This document shows positions 27,328 to 37,067 of a DNA stretch of 53,686 bases, piece by piece. The stretch is taken from positions 1-53,686 of IMG/VR virus record IMGVR_UViG_3300023261_000002; one strand, written 5' to 3'. Below the pieces are notes generated by a model. It was not told the origin of the DNA and made no database searches. It saw only the letters and a list, made by a program, of their open reading frames with translations. Origin of the DNA: a virus (taxonomy: Duplodnaviria > Caudoviricetes). Numbering within the stretch: position 1 is the first letter of the stretch; every line of letters begins with the position of its first letter. The translations under genes and the position numbers were made by a program.

Positions 27328-27624
27328 ATGATTATCGGATACATCAAACTCAAGGATTGTAAAGCAGGGCAATTAGTACGTTTGCGCGATGGCACTTATA
27401 TCGTGACAACGGAATACCGTACTTTTAACAGTGGGGCAGGGCTTACCCAAGACTCTTATCTTCTTGAAAGTGGCGAGTGCTTTCATGCTGGTAAAGAACG
27501 CGCTAACGATTGGGTTGCTATTATTGATATGAACTACATTGAAGTGAATGTAGCCCATGATGCCGATTATCCGCCCGACCCTAATGCGCCAATGGCGGCA
27601 GAGGAATATCGTGAAACCAAGTGA
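27328..27624 (+). CDS. Hypothetical protein
   Basis: GGAGG RBS. Confidence 0.55.
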   Translation: MIIGYIKLKDCKAGQLVRLRDGTYIVTTEYRTFNSGAGLTQDSYLLESGECFHAGKERANDWVAIIDMNYIEVNVAHDADYPPDPNAPMAAEEYRETK

Positions 27625-27847
27625 AATCAATCCGCTATTTGACGATAGCGAAGTAACCGAGGAACAAATCAAACGGGCGCGGCGCTTAATTGCAAAGCTT
27701 GAGTTGAAAGACGCGGCAAAAGATTATCATGCCAATATGCGGAATATTGACTACACAGTCCCTAGCGATTCGGGCTATCGCAAGCGCCAAAGTGAATTAG
27801 GCACACGGATTATAGAATTAGTCTTGGAATTGTTTCCAGAGGAATGA
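27611..27847 (+). CDS. Hypothetical protein
   Basis: GAGGA RBS before GTG 27611. Confidence 0.5.
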   Translation: MKPSEINPLFDDSEVTEEQIKRARRLIAKLELKDAAKDYHANMRNIDYTVPSDSGYRKRQSELGTRIIELVLELFPEE

Positions 27848-27850
27848 GAG

Positions 27851-28096
27851 ATGGCAGATAAAAAGCGCAATATAGGGATTGTAGGCGCTCCAGATAGCGG
27901 TGTTAGCGAAGTCTTTGCGGCTATTCTTCGGCATAGTTATACGCCTTCGCCTTGGGTGGGGGCAATGATACCTGATGCCTCCAATATAGATTTGGGCGAA
28001 TATGGAGATAGCGCGCCAGAGTCCTACAACCCAAAGAAGCGCGATAAGCTAGATGTATTCGATAAGGGCCAAGATGCCAGCAAAGAAGAAAGCTGA
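27851..28096 (+). CDS. Hypothetical protein
   Basis: Within operon. Confidence 0.5.
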   Translation: MADKKRNIGIVGAPDSGVSEVFAAILRHSYTPSPWVGAMIPDASNIDLGEYGDSAPESYNPKKRDKLDVFDKGQDASKEES

Positions 28097-28244
28097 AGCT
28101 GTGCAAGGCTGGCATAAAGACAGCAAAACCTACAAAAGCGGTTGCCTCATGTACCGCCTGCTGTATGACGGGGAATGCATCGTAGAAGCCAACGAAGAAA
28201 GCACAATTGATTATCTGCTAGCAAAACGAAAGGGCGCTGAATAG
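28074..28244 (+). CDS. Hypothetical protein
   Basis: AAGGG RBS; followed by a terminator-like hairpin at 28231-28254. Confidence 0.45.
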   Translation: MPAKKKAEAVQGWHKDSKTYKSGCLMYRLLYDGECIVEANEESTIDYLLAKRKGAE

Positions 28245-28400
28245 GCGCTTTTTTGTATCTAGGCAATAGGGGTATTTTTGCTATAATAGAACTATCGAAA
28301 ATAAAAACGCCCCGTTGGAAGGGCGTTCAATCTGCAATTAAGCAGGGAAAGCAATACTATGTCTACAGGCAATGATACCACAAGTAAAGATAGAAAAGAT

Positions 28401-28958
28401 ATGGAGGAGATAAGAGTCGTACATCCTTTAGTGGCTAGATGGCTTACACAAAACGGATACACCTACGTTCATGAATATAAAATGCCTGATTACGGGCGCG
28501 TTGATTTTTACGCGACTCATTCCGATGGGCACACACTTCTAGTTGAAGCAAAATTCTATGACGATTGTGTATCCGCAATGTTTCAGATTTTTGGATATGG
28601 CGTTCAAATATCGAGTGCAAAGCTTGCGATTGCTGCCCCGTCATTGTCTTTACGAACAAAAGAATTGGCACAAAAATACAATATCCTTGCAATTGAAGTA
28701 GGAGTTGAAACCCCAGAGAACTTAGCTATCGAAACAGAAAAGCTGAAATTAGCTGACGAGGCTTATAAAGCGCAGAAACCCAATCGCAAACGTGAATCAG
28801 GGGTGTATAGCCAAGAGCAGGTTGATTATGTACGGGCGAAATATCCTGAACTTAGCAATGCTTCCGCTGATTATGTTATTAAACACCATATCATGACACT
28901 TGACCCTAGTATCCCACAAAACAAGGCAGGTGGGCGAAAGGTTTACAAAAACATCTAA
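28401..28958 (+). CDS. PD-(D/E)xK nuclease-fold protein with C-terminal domain paralogous to 29020..29202
   Basis: 'HEY..GRVDFYA..LLVEAK'; alternative start at 28359. Confidence 0.65.
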   Translation: MEEIRVVHPLVARWLTQNGYTYVHEYKMPDYGRVDFYATHSDGHTLLVEAKFYDDCVSAMFQIFGYGVQISSAKLAIAAPSLSLRTKELAQKYNILAIEVGVETPENLAIETEKLKLADEAYKAQKPNRKRESGVYSQEQVDYVRAKYPELSNASADYVIKHHIMTLDPSIPQNKAGGRKVYKNI

Positions 28959-28962
28959 TTAA

Positions 28963-28991
28963 TTGACAATTGCCTAGATATTTGCTATTAT
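28963..28991 (+). promoter_or_regulatory. Sigma70-type promoter
   Basis: TTGACA-17-TATTAT with extended TG. Confidence 0.75.
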
Positions 28992-29019
28992 CTAGGCAAG
29001 CTTAGACTAAGGATTAAGA

Positions 29020-29202
29020 ATGAAAAACAAAGCCGCATTATGGTTATCTCCCGAACAAGTTGCCTACTTTGAACAAGAGTTAGGCCAAGCCGATAGCGCC
29101 ACATTCAAAGCGCTCCTATTACAATTGTTCCCTGATATGCCGAAGGATAAGCAATCAGGGAATCCGAACTTTGGCAAGGAATTGCCTAGACAAAAGGCTT
29201 GA
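29020..29202 (+). CDS. Small putative DNA-binding regulator
   Basis: Flanked by operators; AAGGA RBS; RHH-like strand-helix-helix pattern is speculative. Confidence 0.55.
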   Translation: MKNKAALWLSPEQVAYFEQELGQADSATFKALLLQLFPDMPKDKQSGNPNFGKELPRQKA

Positions 29203-29228
29203 CAATTGCCTAGATAATAGAGTATAAT
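29199..29228 (+). promoter_or_regulatory. Consensus sigma70 early promoter
   Basis: TTGACA-18-TATAAT. Confidence 0.85.
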
Positions 29229-29267
29229 TCTTTATATAGACAGCAGACAAGCACACGGAGAAACACA

Positions 29268-29555
29268 ATGAACCGCAAAGCCCTAGCAATTCTCGAAAAA
29301 GTAACAGCCCGTCAAGCGCAAGAAGTTAATGTAGGTGATTTGGTTATCGCCAGCCCTGACGGTGCATCATTCGTGAATGCTTACGTTTACGAAATTCACA
29401 ATGACTACATCGTGTTTCAATCGATGCGCGGTAATGTTCTCTTTGATTGCGAACGCGTCTTAGCCGAGCAAGTTACCGTCTTGATTGAAAAGTTTGAGAA
29501 TACCCCTAAAGCCCAATTGGTTGCCGAAATTCTGGCGATGGTAGGGGCGGCCTAA
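29268..29555 (+). CDS. Hypothetical early protein
   Basis: GGAG RBS; first gene after the promoter. Confidence 0.65.
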   Translation: MNRKALAILEKVTARQAQEVNVGDLVIASPDGASFVNAYVYEIHNDYIVFQSMRGNVLFDCERVLAEQVTVLIEKFENTPKAQLVAEILAMVGAA

Positions 29556-29800
29556 TGAGTAAGTATATCTCGCGCCGCCACGCATTAGCCGCAATTGCCC
29601 GTGAGCTTGGCGAACTTCGTGGTAATTCCGATGGCACAGCAACCCCTACAGCTTGGGTTTACCGCGCTGATAGTGACCTTTCGATGAAAGAATGCCGTGA
29701 ATGGTCATGGCAATACCGTGAGCAAGGTTTTCAGGCAATTGACCATGCAGCTTGGGAAGCTCGTGAGCTTGCATGGATGCAAAGAACAGGACGTGTTTAA
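29555..29800 (+). CDS. Hypothetical early protein
   Basis: TAATG coupling. Confidence 0.6.
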   Translation: MSKYISRRHALAAIARELGELRGNSDGTATPTAWVYRADSDLSMKECREWSWQYREQGFQAIDHAAWEARELAWMQRTGRV

Positions 29801-30036
29801 TGGTTAAGTTTATCAATTTACCAGAGTACGAAGAGAATCGCCGCCGCATGGCGATTAGCCCTTATGTTAAGCACCAACGCAACGAGCGCCGCGCCTTATG
29901 GTGGTTTTGCCATATCCGCCTGCGCCTGCGCGCTGGTAGCAAGCATGGGCAATTGTGGTTATCCCGATACGGGGCATTGTTTGGAATGGGCGAATATTAC
30001 CGCCTGCTACAAGACTTGATTAACGAAGCGGCCTAA
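29800..30036 (+). CDS. Hypothetical early protein
   Basis: TAATG coupling at 29798-29802. Confidence 0.55.
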   Translation: MVKFINLPEYEENRRRMAISPYVKHQRNERRALWWFCHIRLRLRAGSKHGQLWLSRYGALFGMGEYYRLLQDLINEAA

Positions 30037-30059
30037 GTAGGCCAAAAGAGGATGAGAGA

Positions 30060-30686
30060 ATGAACGCAAAGCAAAAACAATCTGAGCTTTACAAATACAC
30101 CGAGTATGTTCTTGGTTCAAACAAAACTTCTCAATATGTGTGGCGACTTCGAGGCGTAGAAATTTCTGCAAGCTCGTCATTTGCAAAGGCGACTAACGCG
30201 GCTTATGAACATTACCTTGATGCTTCGAACAAAGAATCCGAAGCGCACTACGAAGATTTGACGCGTACTTTTCTTGGTTCGGACGAAGAACCAAGCGAAG
30301 ATGATTTGCAAGCCCAACTCGAAAAAGCGCAAGCCGACTTAGCCGCCGCGCAAGCTGAAATTGGCACGCTACGCCTTGAAAATCTCGCTTTGTCCCGTCA
30401 AGTTGAAACTCTGCAATTTGATGACAAGATTGCCGATGAAGCGATTGAAGGCTTGGACACAGAGAACAAGGCGCTTAAGGCTGCGAATGCACGCTACAAA
30501 GACGGGATTAAAGGCATTGAGGACTACTGCAATCGCGTGATTGAAACGAATGGGATTTACAACGAATACCCATATCTCGCCCGTGTGGATATGTGCCGTG
30601 AATTTCTCAAGAAATTGGATGCTATCAAGCCTGCATCCAAATCCGATGAACTGTTCAAGTTCAACACACGAGATGGGGCAATCTAA
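30060..30686 (+). CDS. Hypothetical coiled-coil protein
   Basis: Heptad-rich central region. Confidence 0.6.
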   Translation: MNAKQKQSELYKYTEYVLGSNKTSQYVWRLRGVEISASSSFAKATNAAYEHYLDASNKESEAHYEDLTRTFLGSDEEPSEDDLQAQLEKAQADLAAAQAEIGTLRLENLALSRQVETLQFDDKIADEAIEGLDTENKALKAANARYKDGIKGIEDYCNRVIETNGIYNEYPYLARVDMCREFLKKLDAIKPASKSDELFKFNTRDGAI

Positions 30687-30907
30687 TGGGTATCCGAAGC
30701 ATTATCCGTAAGCGACTTATTGGGGAAGGTGTGCCAAGCACACTAGCTGATGAACTCGCCGACATTATTTTGCCAACAGTCACGGCAGAGAATTTGTACG
30801 AATCCGCGCCGCTTTTGGCATTAGATGATTTACTTTTTGAGGTTGTGGGGATTTGGAAATCCGAAGGCGCTAACTGCCTTGCAACTGTTCGCAGTATCTT
30901 AATCTAG
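30686..30907 (+). CDS. Hypothetical protein
   Basis: TAATG coupling. Confidence 0.55.
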   Translation: MGIRSIIRKRLIGEGVPSTLADELADIILPTVTAENLYESAPLLALDDLLFEVVGIWKSEGANCLATVRSILI

Positions 30908-30919
30908 GGAGACGAGAGA

Positions 30920-31483
30920 ATGAAAAACAACTTACGCCCAAGTCTTGAGTTATGGAATCAGGCGCAAACCTCATTTGAGGACATTATGACATTCGTCAAC
31001 GAAGGCAATAGCAGCTTGGAAGATAAGGCCGCACGGGTAGCGGAATATCCTGCTACTTTCGACTTCGCCCCTAGCCTTGCGCGCAAATTGTGTGAAGCGC
31101 TCGAAGTCCAGAACTTGCTGGCACGCTATCCGCAATTCAGCCTTGCCACACCGCGCTATTATCATGGCGGCAAAGTCTTTTTTATGCACGAAATAGATAC
31201 GACTTTTAGTGAACCTTTGCAACTGTATACCAAGTCGGGTTACTACACCGATGCCGAAACAGGTATTCGTTACCTGCTAGAGGGGCAATCGTGGGAACGT
31301 CAAAACCGCATTAACATGGAAGCGTATCTTGACGGGGTATTGGTTCACAAGACTGATTTTCTCAAGTATACCGATAGTTTAACAGGCATGGGGCGCTATC
31401 AGAGTAGTAGCCAATTGATTGCCAGCGCGTTTAATCGTGCTGAAACTGCCTTATTCGCCAAGCTAGGGTTAATCCCATTCTGA
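30920..31483 (+). CDS. Hypothetical protein
   Basis: GGGAG RBS; followed by a GCCCC/GGGGC hairpin. Confidence 0.6.
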   Translation: MKNNLRPSLELWNQAQTSFEDIMTFVNEGNSSLEDKAARVAEYPATFDFAPSLARKLCEALEVQNLLARYPQFSLATPRYYHGGKVFFMHEIDTTFSEPLQLYTKSGYYTDAETGIRYLLEGQSWERQNRINMEAYLDGVLVHKTDFLKYTDSLTGMGRYQSSSQLIASAFNRAETALFAKLGLIPF

Positions 31484-31532
31484 TTATCAATTGCCCCGTA
31501 ATTGGGGCTTATTCATTTTGAGGAGATAGGCA

Positions 31533-31826
31533 ATGAGTGAAAAGCGCGAGATGAGAGATGATTTCAATAATCCTGAATACCTTATTGATACCCCATCGGG
31601 GCAAGCTTTTAATCTTTCTAAGTGGGTACGCGAAAACGAGCCGCAAGCAGAACATCAATTCAAGGTAGGGGATATTGTAGCGCTTACCATTATCACGCAA
31701 ATTGAGAAGCTAACACGCGATTGCGATGGCACGCCGCTATATGTGCTTGAAGTGCGCGGTGGCGGTTGGAATGAAGACTCACTTCGTCTGGCAACTGGGC
31801 AAGAAAAAGAAGATAACCTTTATTAG
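31533..31826 (+). CDS. Hypothetical protein (SH3/KOW-like C-terminus)
   Basis: GAGGAG RBS; 'FKVGDIV..RDCDGTPLY'. Confidence 0.6.
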   Translation: MSEKREMRDDFNNPEYLIDTPSGQAFNLSKWVRENEPQAEHQFKVGDIVALTIITQIEKLTRDCDGTPLYVLEVRGGGWNEDSLRLATGQEKEDNLY

Positions 31827-31836
31827 TGAGGACACA

Positions 31837-32142
31837 GTGAAAAAGAAGCCTAAACGAGACAAGCAAGCTAAGAGTATCCGTGAATTGCAATTAGACCGTT
31901 ATCGCCTTGTCAATAAGCGTAGTAATGCCCTCATGCGGCAAGTTGAGGCGGTTGAGGATGATAACTCGCAAGCGGTTGCAGAGTACAGTCGATTAATTAG
32001 CGACTTCAATACTGAGATAGACAAGTTGAGTAAAGAGATTAAGGATAGGGGGCAAACACAAACGTCGCTTCCAAACGGAGGCGCTTTTGTTTGCAGCAAA
32101 ACTTGTGATAGAATGAGAATTGAGAGAGAAACCTATGGCTAG
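31837..32142 (+). CDS. Hypothetical protein
   Basis: GAGGA RBS before GTG 31837. Confidence 0.5.
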   Translation: MKKKPKRDKQAKSIRELQLDRYRLVNKRSNALMRQVEAVEDDNSQAVAEYSRLISDFNTEIDKLSKEIKDRGQTQTSLPNGGAFVCSKTCDRMRIERETYG

Positions 32143-32152
32143 TGAATAACCC

Positions 32153-32833
32153 ATGACTACCCCACGAAAAATTTGCAATGGACACAAAACCGATGGCAGT
32201 CCCTGTACATCGCCATTCCCTATGGCTAATGGCAAGTGCAGAGCGCACGGCGGTGCTACCCCAAGAGGCGTAGATAGCCCTCACTTCAAAACAGGCAAGC
32301 ATAGCCTCTACTATCTGCCTACCAAGCTTAAGGCCATAGCGGAGAGTATCCCTGCCGAATTTGACAAAGATGTTTTGGCGCGCAATACGCTGCTCACCGA
32401 AGCATTCATACGCCAAAAGCTTGAACAATTGGAAGATGCGCCTGATTCCCGTGAGGCATGGGAAGGCTTGCGTAGTGATTTGGATAAGCTGATAGAAGCC
32501 TTCTCGAATGAGGATTATGGCAAGGTAGCTATTCGCTTGGATAGAATTAGCCGCCTTGTCGATGAGCGCATTTTGTATCACATGGGAGTAAGTGAGATAC
32601 GCCGTGATTTGGCAGAGCAAAGAGCTAATCAGAAGGCGATAGCCGATATTGAGTTCAAGGGACAAAATGCTATCCCAGTCTCGCAACTAGTTAAGTTTCT
32701 TTTGTCGATTACAGAGTTAGCAGGCGCGATTATCAGCAATCCAAAGGAACGATATGCTTTGTTTGACGGTATTGATAAGCTAATTGGCAATCCTGTGAGC
32801 AATGCAATTGTGGTGGATGAGAATGCAGATTAA
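32153..32833 (+). CDS. Terminase small subunit (HGGxSTG-type N-terminus)
   Basis: 'ICNGHKTDGSPC..PMANGKCRAHGGATPRG..FKTGKHS'; directly upstream of TerL. Confidence 0.75.
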   Translation: MTTPRKICNGHKTDGSPCTSPFPMANGKCRAHGGATPRGVDSPHFKTGKHSLYYLPTKLKAIAESIPAEFDKDVLARNTLLTEAFIRQKLEQLEDAPDSREAWEGLRSDLDKLIEAFSNEDYGKVAIRLDRISRLVDERILYHMGVSEIRRDLAEQRANQKAIADIEFKGQNAIPVSQLVKFLLSITELAGAIISNPKERYALFDGIDKLIGNPVSNAIVVDENAD

Positions 32834-34406
32834 TTCGGGCTTAGAAGCGCTGGCGAAAGCATGGCAGGACGTAAAACCGCACATTAATCCTGCCAACGAT
32901 GCTCCTGCGCCCTATACAAAGGAATGGAATCCGCTTGCCTTCATTCAAAACTATTTCTATACCTACGATACTGAAGATATTCTAGGCTTGCATCCTAGCC
33001 AGCTATACCCACTGCAAGAAGCATTGGCACGTTTGCCAGATGGCAGATTTAAGTATCATACGGTGCTATGGAGTTGGCCTAAGAAGTCAGCTAAAAGTAC
33101 AATCGTTGCCGCCGTAGTCGATTACTGTTGTCTCTTTAAGCCTAAGAGTAGTTGGAAACTTATCGGCAATGACTTAAAGCAGGCAGATAGTCGCGTGGGG
33201 CATTACTTGCGAGAGAATATCCGCATTGGGGCAAGGAAAGGCTATGCAGGCCAAGCGAATGACGGTTTAGCGATGCAGGCGATACGACAAGCGACTAAGA
33301 TAAGCGCAAGCAACTACAAGATTGTCTATCCCAACGCCTCGCAGATTGAAATGATTCCAATCGACCCCCAAGGTGAGGCTGGGGCGAATGATGACGGGAT
33401 TGTATTCTCAGAGTTATGGGGATGGCGGCATAAATCGCATGAGGCTATGTGGACTGAGATGACCATTAGCCCCAATCGCTACGGTTATGCCCAACGCTGG
33501 ATAGATACCTACGCAGGCTTTACAGGTGAAAGTCTGGTTTTAGAGCGCTTGTATGAGTCGGTGGTGAAAGAAAGCAACCGCCTTGATATGCCGCACAATG
33601 CCGAATGCTATACCGCTAATGGGGTATTCTGCTGCTGGGTGACTCAGCAACTACTCCCTTGGCAACAAATCCCCGAATACTATGAGAGCGAAAAAGCCGA
33701 TAAACACCCTGCCGAATATGCCCGTATTCATGAGAACAGGTGGACACAATCCGAACAGAGCTTTATTGACATTGCTTATTGGGATGCGTGTGCGGATACG
33801 CGCCCTTCAGAAGACGGCGGTATTTTGAAACATCAACAGCATGACGAGGTGATTATCGCGCTAGATGCTGCTGTAACAAGTGATTGTTTTGCGATGGTAG
33901 CGTTATCCAGAGATAGGCGATTCCCACCAAAATATGACAGCAATGGAGAACAGATTAGCCCTGAACATTTTGTTAGGCGTTATGCCCGTGCATGGTATCC
34001 GCCCAAGGGGGGTAAGATAGCGTTTGATGGTGAGGATAGCCCTAAGTCTGAGCTTAAGCGCCTGATTGCCGAGCATAATGTCTATTGCGTCACCTATGAC
34101 CCTTATCAATTGGAGTTCTTTGCAATGGAATGCTCACAGGAGCTTGATACATGGTTTGAGGAGTTTCCGCAAGGCACACAGCGCGAAATAGCGGATAAGT
34201 TCTTATTCGATGTTATTCGAGAGGGAAGGTTGGCCCATCATGGTACAGATGGCGAATTGAGAGCCCACATTCTCAATTCGGGCGTTAAAATCATTGGGGA
34301 AGATAAGCGCCTACGTATCATAAAGAAGAATGAAACCAGAAAGATAGATTTGAATGTGGCAATGTCAATGGCCTGCTATCAGGCATCAAAGGTATTGCCC
34401 AAGTAA
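32823..34406 (+). CDS. Terminase large subunit
   Basis: 'WPKKSAKST' Walker A variant, 'VFSELWG' Walker B, nuclease 'IALDAAVTSD', 'YDPYQ', 'KIDLNVAMSMA'. Confidence 0.88.
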   Translation: MQINSGLEALAKAWQDVKPHINPANDAPAPYTKEWNPLAFIQNYFYTYDTEDILGLHPSQLYPLQEALARLPDGRFKYHTVLWSWPKKSAKSTIVAAVVDYCCLFKPKSSWKLIGNDLKQADSRVGHYLRENIRIGARKGYAGQANDGLAMQAIRQATKISASNYKIVYPNASQIEMIPIDPQGEAGANDDGIVFSELWGWRHKSHEAMWTEMTISPNRYGYAQRWIDTYAGFTGESLVLERLYESVVKESNRLDMPHNAECYTANGVFCCWVTQQLLPWQQIPEYYESEKADKHPAEYARIHENRWTQSEQSFIDIAYWDACADTRPSEDGGILKHQQHDEVIIALDAAVTSDCFAMVALSRDRRFPPKYDSNGEQISPEHFVRRYARAWYPPKGGKIAFDGEDSPKSELKRLIAEHNVYCVTYDPYQLEFFAMECSQELDTWFEEFPQGTQREIADKFLFDVIREGRLAHHGTDGELRAHILNSGVKIIGEDKRLRIIKKNETRKIDLNVAMSMACYQASKVLPK

Positions 34407-34556
34407 TTTTACAAAATCTAGCAATCATGCTATGCTTAAGCAACTCTCATTCCCCCTCACGATAGGGTTTAGGCATCGGCTTAAGCCCTTTGGCGGAAAA
34501 CTCCCCCTTATGCCCCATGTACGGCTCATTGTCTAATAATTCATTTGAGGCTAACA

Positions 34557-35015
34557 ATGAGTGGAATACACGTATTAGGTGCAGGGGATTATGAAAGCCT
34601 ACTTGGAGCATTTCAGCAGGCACAGATTAACGCTATTCAGCAGCTTAATAGCTCAGTTGGTATTAAGCGCAGCGCCAAACTAACAGGCACAGTTGCCAAT
34701 GGCGCAGGCGTAGGGGAAATCGAAAACTTTGTATCCCCCTATGGATTTCTGATGCTACGTATCCCCAACTGCACAGGCATTGCAGGCAGTACATCCTTAC
34801 GAATGCAATTAGGCATGGATGCATCAGATACCCTATGCCTCGTTTACGATATGACTTTGCAAAGCACGAACTTAGCAACCGTCCCAACATCGGGTACATT
34901 CCAGATTGTCATACCGCAAGCATTGGGATTCCAACGCGCTCAATTAGTTTTATCTGTGAATACAACGGGCGCAGTCGCTTATGAAATGTACGCTTGTGAT
35001 TTGATGAGTGCTTAA
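34557..35015 (+). CDS. Hypothetical beta-rich protein, possibly structural
   Basis: Between TerL and portal; GAGG RBS. Confidence 0.55.
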   Translation: MSGIHVLGAGDYESLLGAFQQAQINAIQQLNSSVGIKRSAKLTGTVANGAGVGEIENFVSPYGFLMLRIPNCTGIAGSTSLRMQLGMDASDTLCLVYDMTLQSTNLATVPTSGTFQIVIPQALGFQRAQLVLSVNTTGAVAYEMYACDLMSA

Positions 35016-35063
35016 ACCGTGATAAACCATTTACAGGCGCGTTCTTATGGAAAGGCCATATAG

Positions 35064-37067
35064 ATGCTTCCTAATCCACAAACGCTAGAGCGCGCGATAC
35101 GCCGTAATTCCATTCAATCACGGGCCGTTAATCAGCCTGCTTTTAACGTGCCCGTTGGTGGATACATGCCAAGCGGCCTATATGATTCAGGCGCTTTGTT
35201 TCAAGTTGGTACTTTAATTGAGAAAATCCCTGAGTGGACAATTTACCCTGCGGCGCGTGACCGCGTCTTACGCATGTTTTACAAGTCCGAACCGATTGCC
35301 GCAGGTGCTATCTATTCGATGTCAGCCCGTCTAAAGTCATTGAATTATGTGCTAACAGGCGATGAAACGAAACATGAATATGTGCATACCCTTTTTGATA
35401 ATGCCGATTATGGTAACGGCCTAAGAATACTGCTATCTAAGACAATTACGGATTTGTCCTGTCAAGATAACGGGGCTTTTTGGGAACTGGTTGGCATGGG
35501 TAACCCAGCAGGCGAACTCACAGGCGGTATTGTCATGGGTGTGAATTACCTTGACCCAGCGCAATGCTATCGCAGCTTTGACCCTGAATATCCTGTGTTT
35601 TATATTAATCCAATTAATGGTAGTCGCCATAAGCTGCATAAATCACGCGTGATTGCTTTCTCGAATATGCCACAACCGAATGAATTAGCGCGCGGCGTAG
35701 GCTTTAGCCCACTATCACGCGCTTTGTTATCGGTACAGCTTGCCAAAGGTATTCTACAATTCCGTTATGAGAAAACCACAGGCCAACGCAGACGGGCGAT
35801 TGGTTATGGCACAGGCATGACCTCAGCCACGTTACGGCGTATGGTTCAGCAAGCGGAATTAGAAGACGAATCATCGGGCTTTGTCAATTTCGGCGGCGTG
35901 CCATTCTTCATGACACCCAAAGGCGAAGTGAAGCTAGACTTGCTAGACTTGGCTTCTATCCCTGACGGTTTTGACTTAAAGACTGAAACGGAAATCTATG
36001 TCTATTCACTAGCGCTTGCTTTCGGTGTGGATGCGCGTGAGTTCTGGCCTGCTACCCAAAGCGGTGCTACCAAAGGTGATGCTGCTATTCAGAACATGAA
36101 AGCACGCGGCAAAGGGCTGGCTGATTTAATTACCACGATTGAAGACGCGATTAATAAGCGTGTCATGCCAGAAGATGTTAGCTTTGAATTTGACTTTGTT
36201 GACGATGAACATGATACCGAAGTAGCTGAGGGCAATCGTATCCAAGTCGATTATCTGACAACGGTTAAGAATGCAGGCGGCCTATCAGATGCACAATATC
36301 AAGCACATTTGATTAAAGAAGGCGTGCTTGATGAAGAAATTCTTAAGGAAGCTGATAGCATTGCCATACTACCCAAGCCCGAAGAAGTGGCAGAGGCTAA
36401 CCCAGCGCCCCCCACTTTGGAAGAAGCTTTAGCCGATAATGCAGGCGATATAACAGAAGAAAAAAGCATAAGCACCTATCGCAGTAGCTTACGTGCCTCC
36501 GCCGTTGCTTATCTTGAGGATACTGTCTCACAAGTGGGCTTTGTAGCACTCATGGATTCAACTGTACGCTTACATGTTCGAGAGGCATGGATAGGCGGCG
36601 CTGCTGAGGGCGGTTTGCGACAAGGTGATTTTACTGAAGAAGAAATCATGAGCCTTGAAACGCTTGTACGCAGTCAGCAAAGCTATGTCATGGGGGTAGC
36701 TGATTTCATTGCCACTGAGAAGCGCAAGGAAAAACCCGACTTCGTAGCAATCTTTGAACGCCTGAATTTGTGGGTTAATCAGTACGCTTATTTCTATAAC
36801 TTAGGCTTGATGGCGAGCAAGACGAATCAGAAGCTCCAATGGCTTAGAGGAAAAACTAAGGCTGGATGTTTGACTTGTACCACCTACGATATGAAAATCT
36901 ATCGCGCTTCTGTCTGGAAGAAGTACGCCCCGTTACCGCGTTCTAGGGAACTGGAATGCAAGGGCTATCAATGCCAGTGTGACTTATACCCGACAGATGA
37001 GCCTGCTACTAGAGGCACGCCTGCACGCATGAAAACACATGAGGGGCATAATCATGGTGAACATTAG
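35064..37067 (+). CDS. Portal protein fused to a MuF-like minor head domain
   Basis: Portal 'GVGFSPL', 'LALAFGVD..EF', 'IEDAIN..FEFDFVD'; C-terminal 'LQW..CLTC..LECKGYQCQC'. Confidence 0.8.
   Translation: MLPNPQTLERAIRRNSIQSRAVNQPAFNVPVGGYMPSGLYDSGALFQVGTLIEKIPEWTIYPAARDRVLRMFYKSEPIAAGAIYSMSARLKSLNYVLTGDETKHEYVHTLFDNADYGNGLRILLSKTITDLSCQDNGAFWELVGMGNPAGELTGGIVMGVNYLDPAQCYRSFDPEYPVFYINPINGSRHKLHKSRVIAFSNMPQPNELARGVGFSPLSRALLSVQLAKGILQFRYEKTTGQRRRAIGYGTGMTSATLRRMVQQAELEDESSGFVNFGGVPFFMTPKGEVKLDLLDLASIPDGFDLKTETEIYVYSLALAFGVDAREFWPATQSGATKGDAAIQNMKARGKGLADLITTIEDAINKRVMPEDVSFEFDFVDDEHDTEVAEGNRIQVDYLTTVKNAGGLSDAQYQAHLIKEGVLDEEILKEADSIAILPKPEEVAEANPAPPTLEEALADNAGDITEEKSISTYRSSLRASAVAYLEDTVSQVGFVALMDSTVRLHVREAWIGGAAEGGLRQGDFTEEEIMSLETLVRSQQSYVMGVADFIATEKRKEKPDFVAIFERLNLWVNQYAYFYNLGLMASKTNQKLQWLRGKTKAGCLTCTTYDMKIYRASVWKKYAPLPRSRELECKGYQCQCDLYPTDEPATRGTPARMKTHEGHNHGEH

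Larger units (their letters stand above)
28256..29216. promoter_or_regulatory. Five (A)TTGCCTAGA(T/C)A operator-like repeats overlapping three promoters
   Basis: 28256-67(-), 28969-80(+), 28989-99(-), 29181-92(+), 29205-16(+). Confidence 0.75.
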
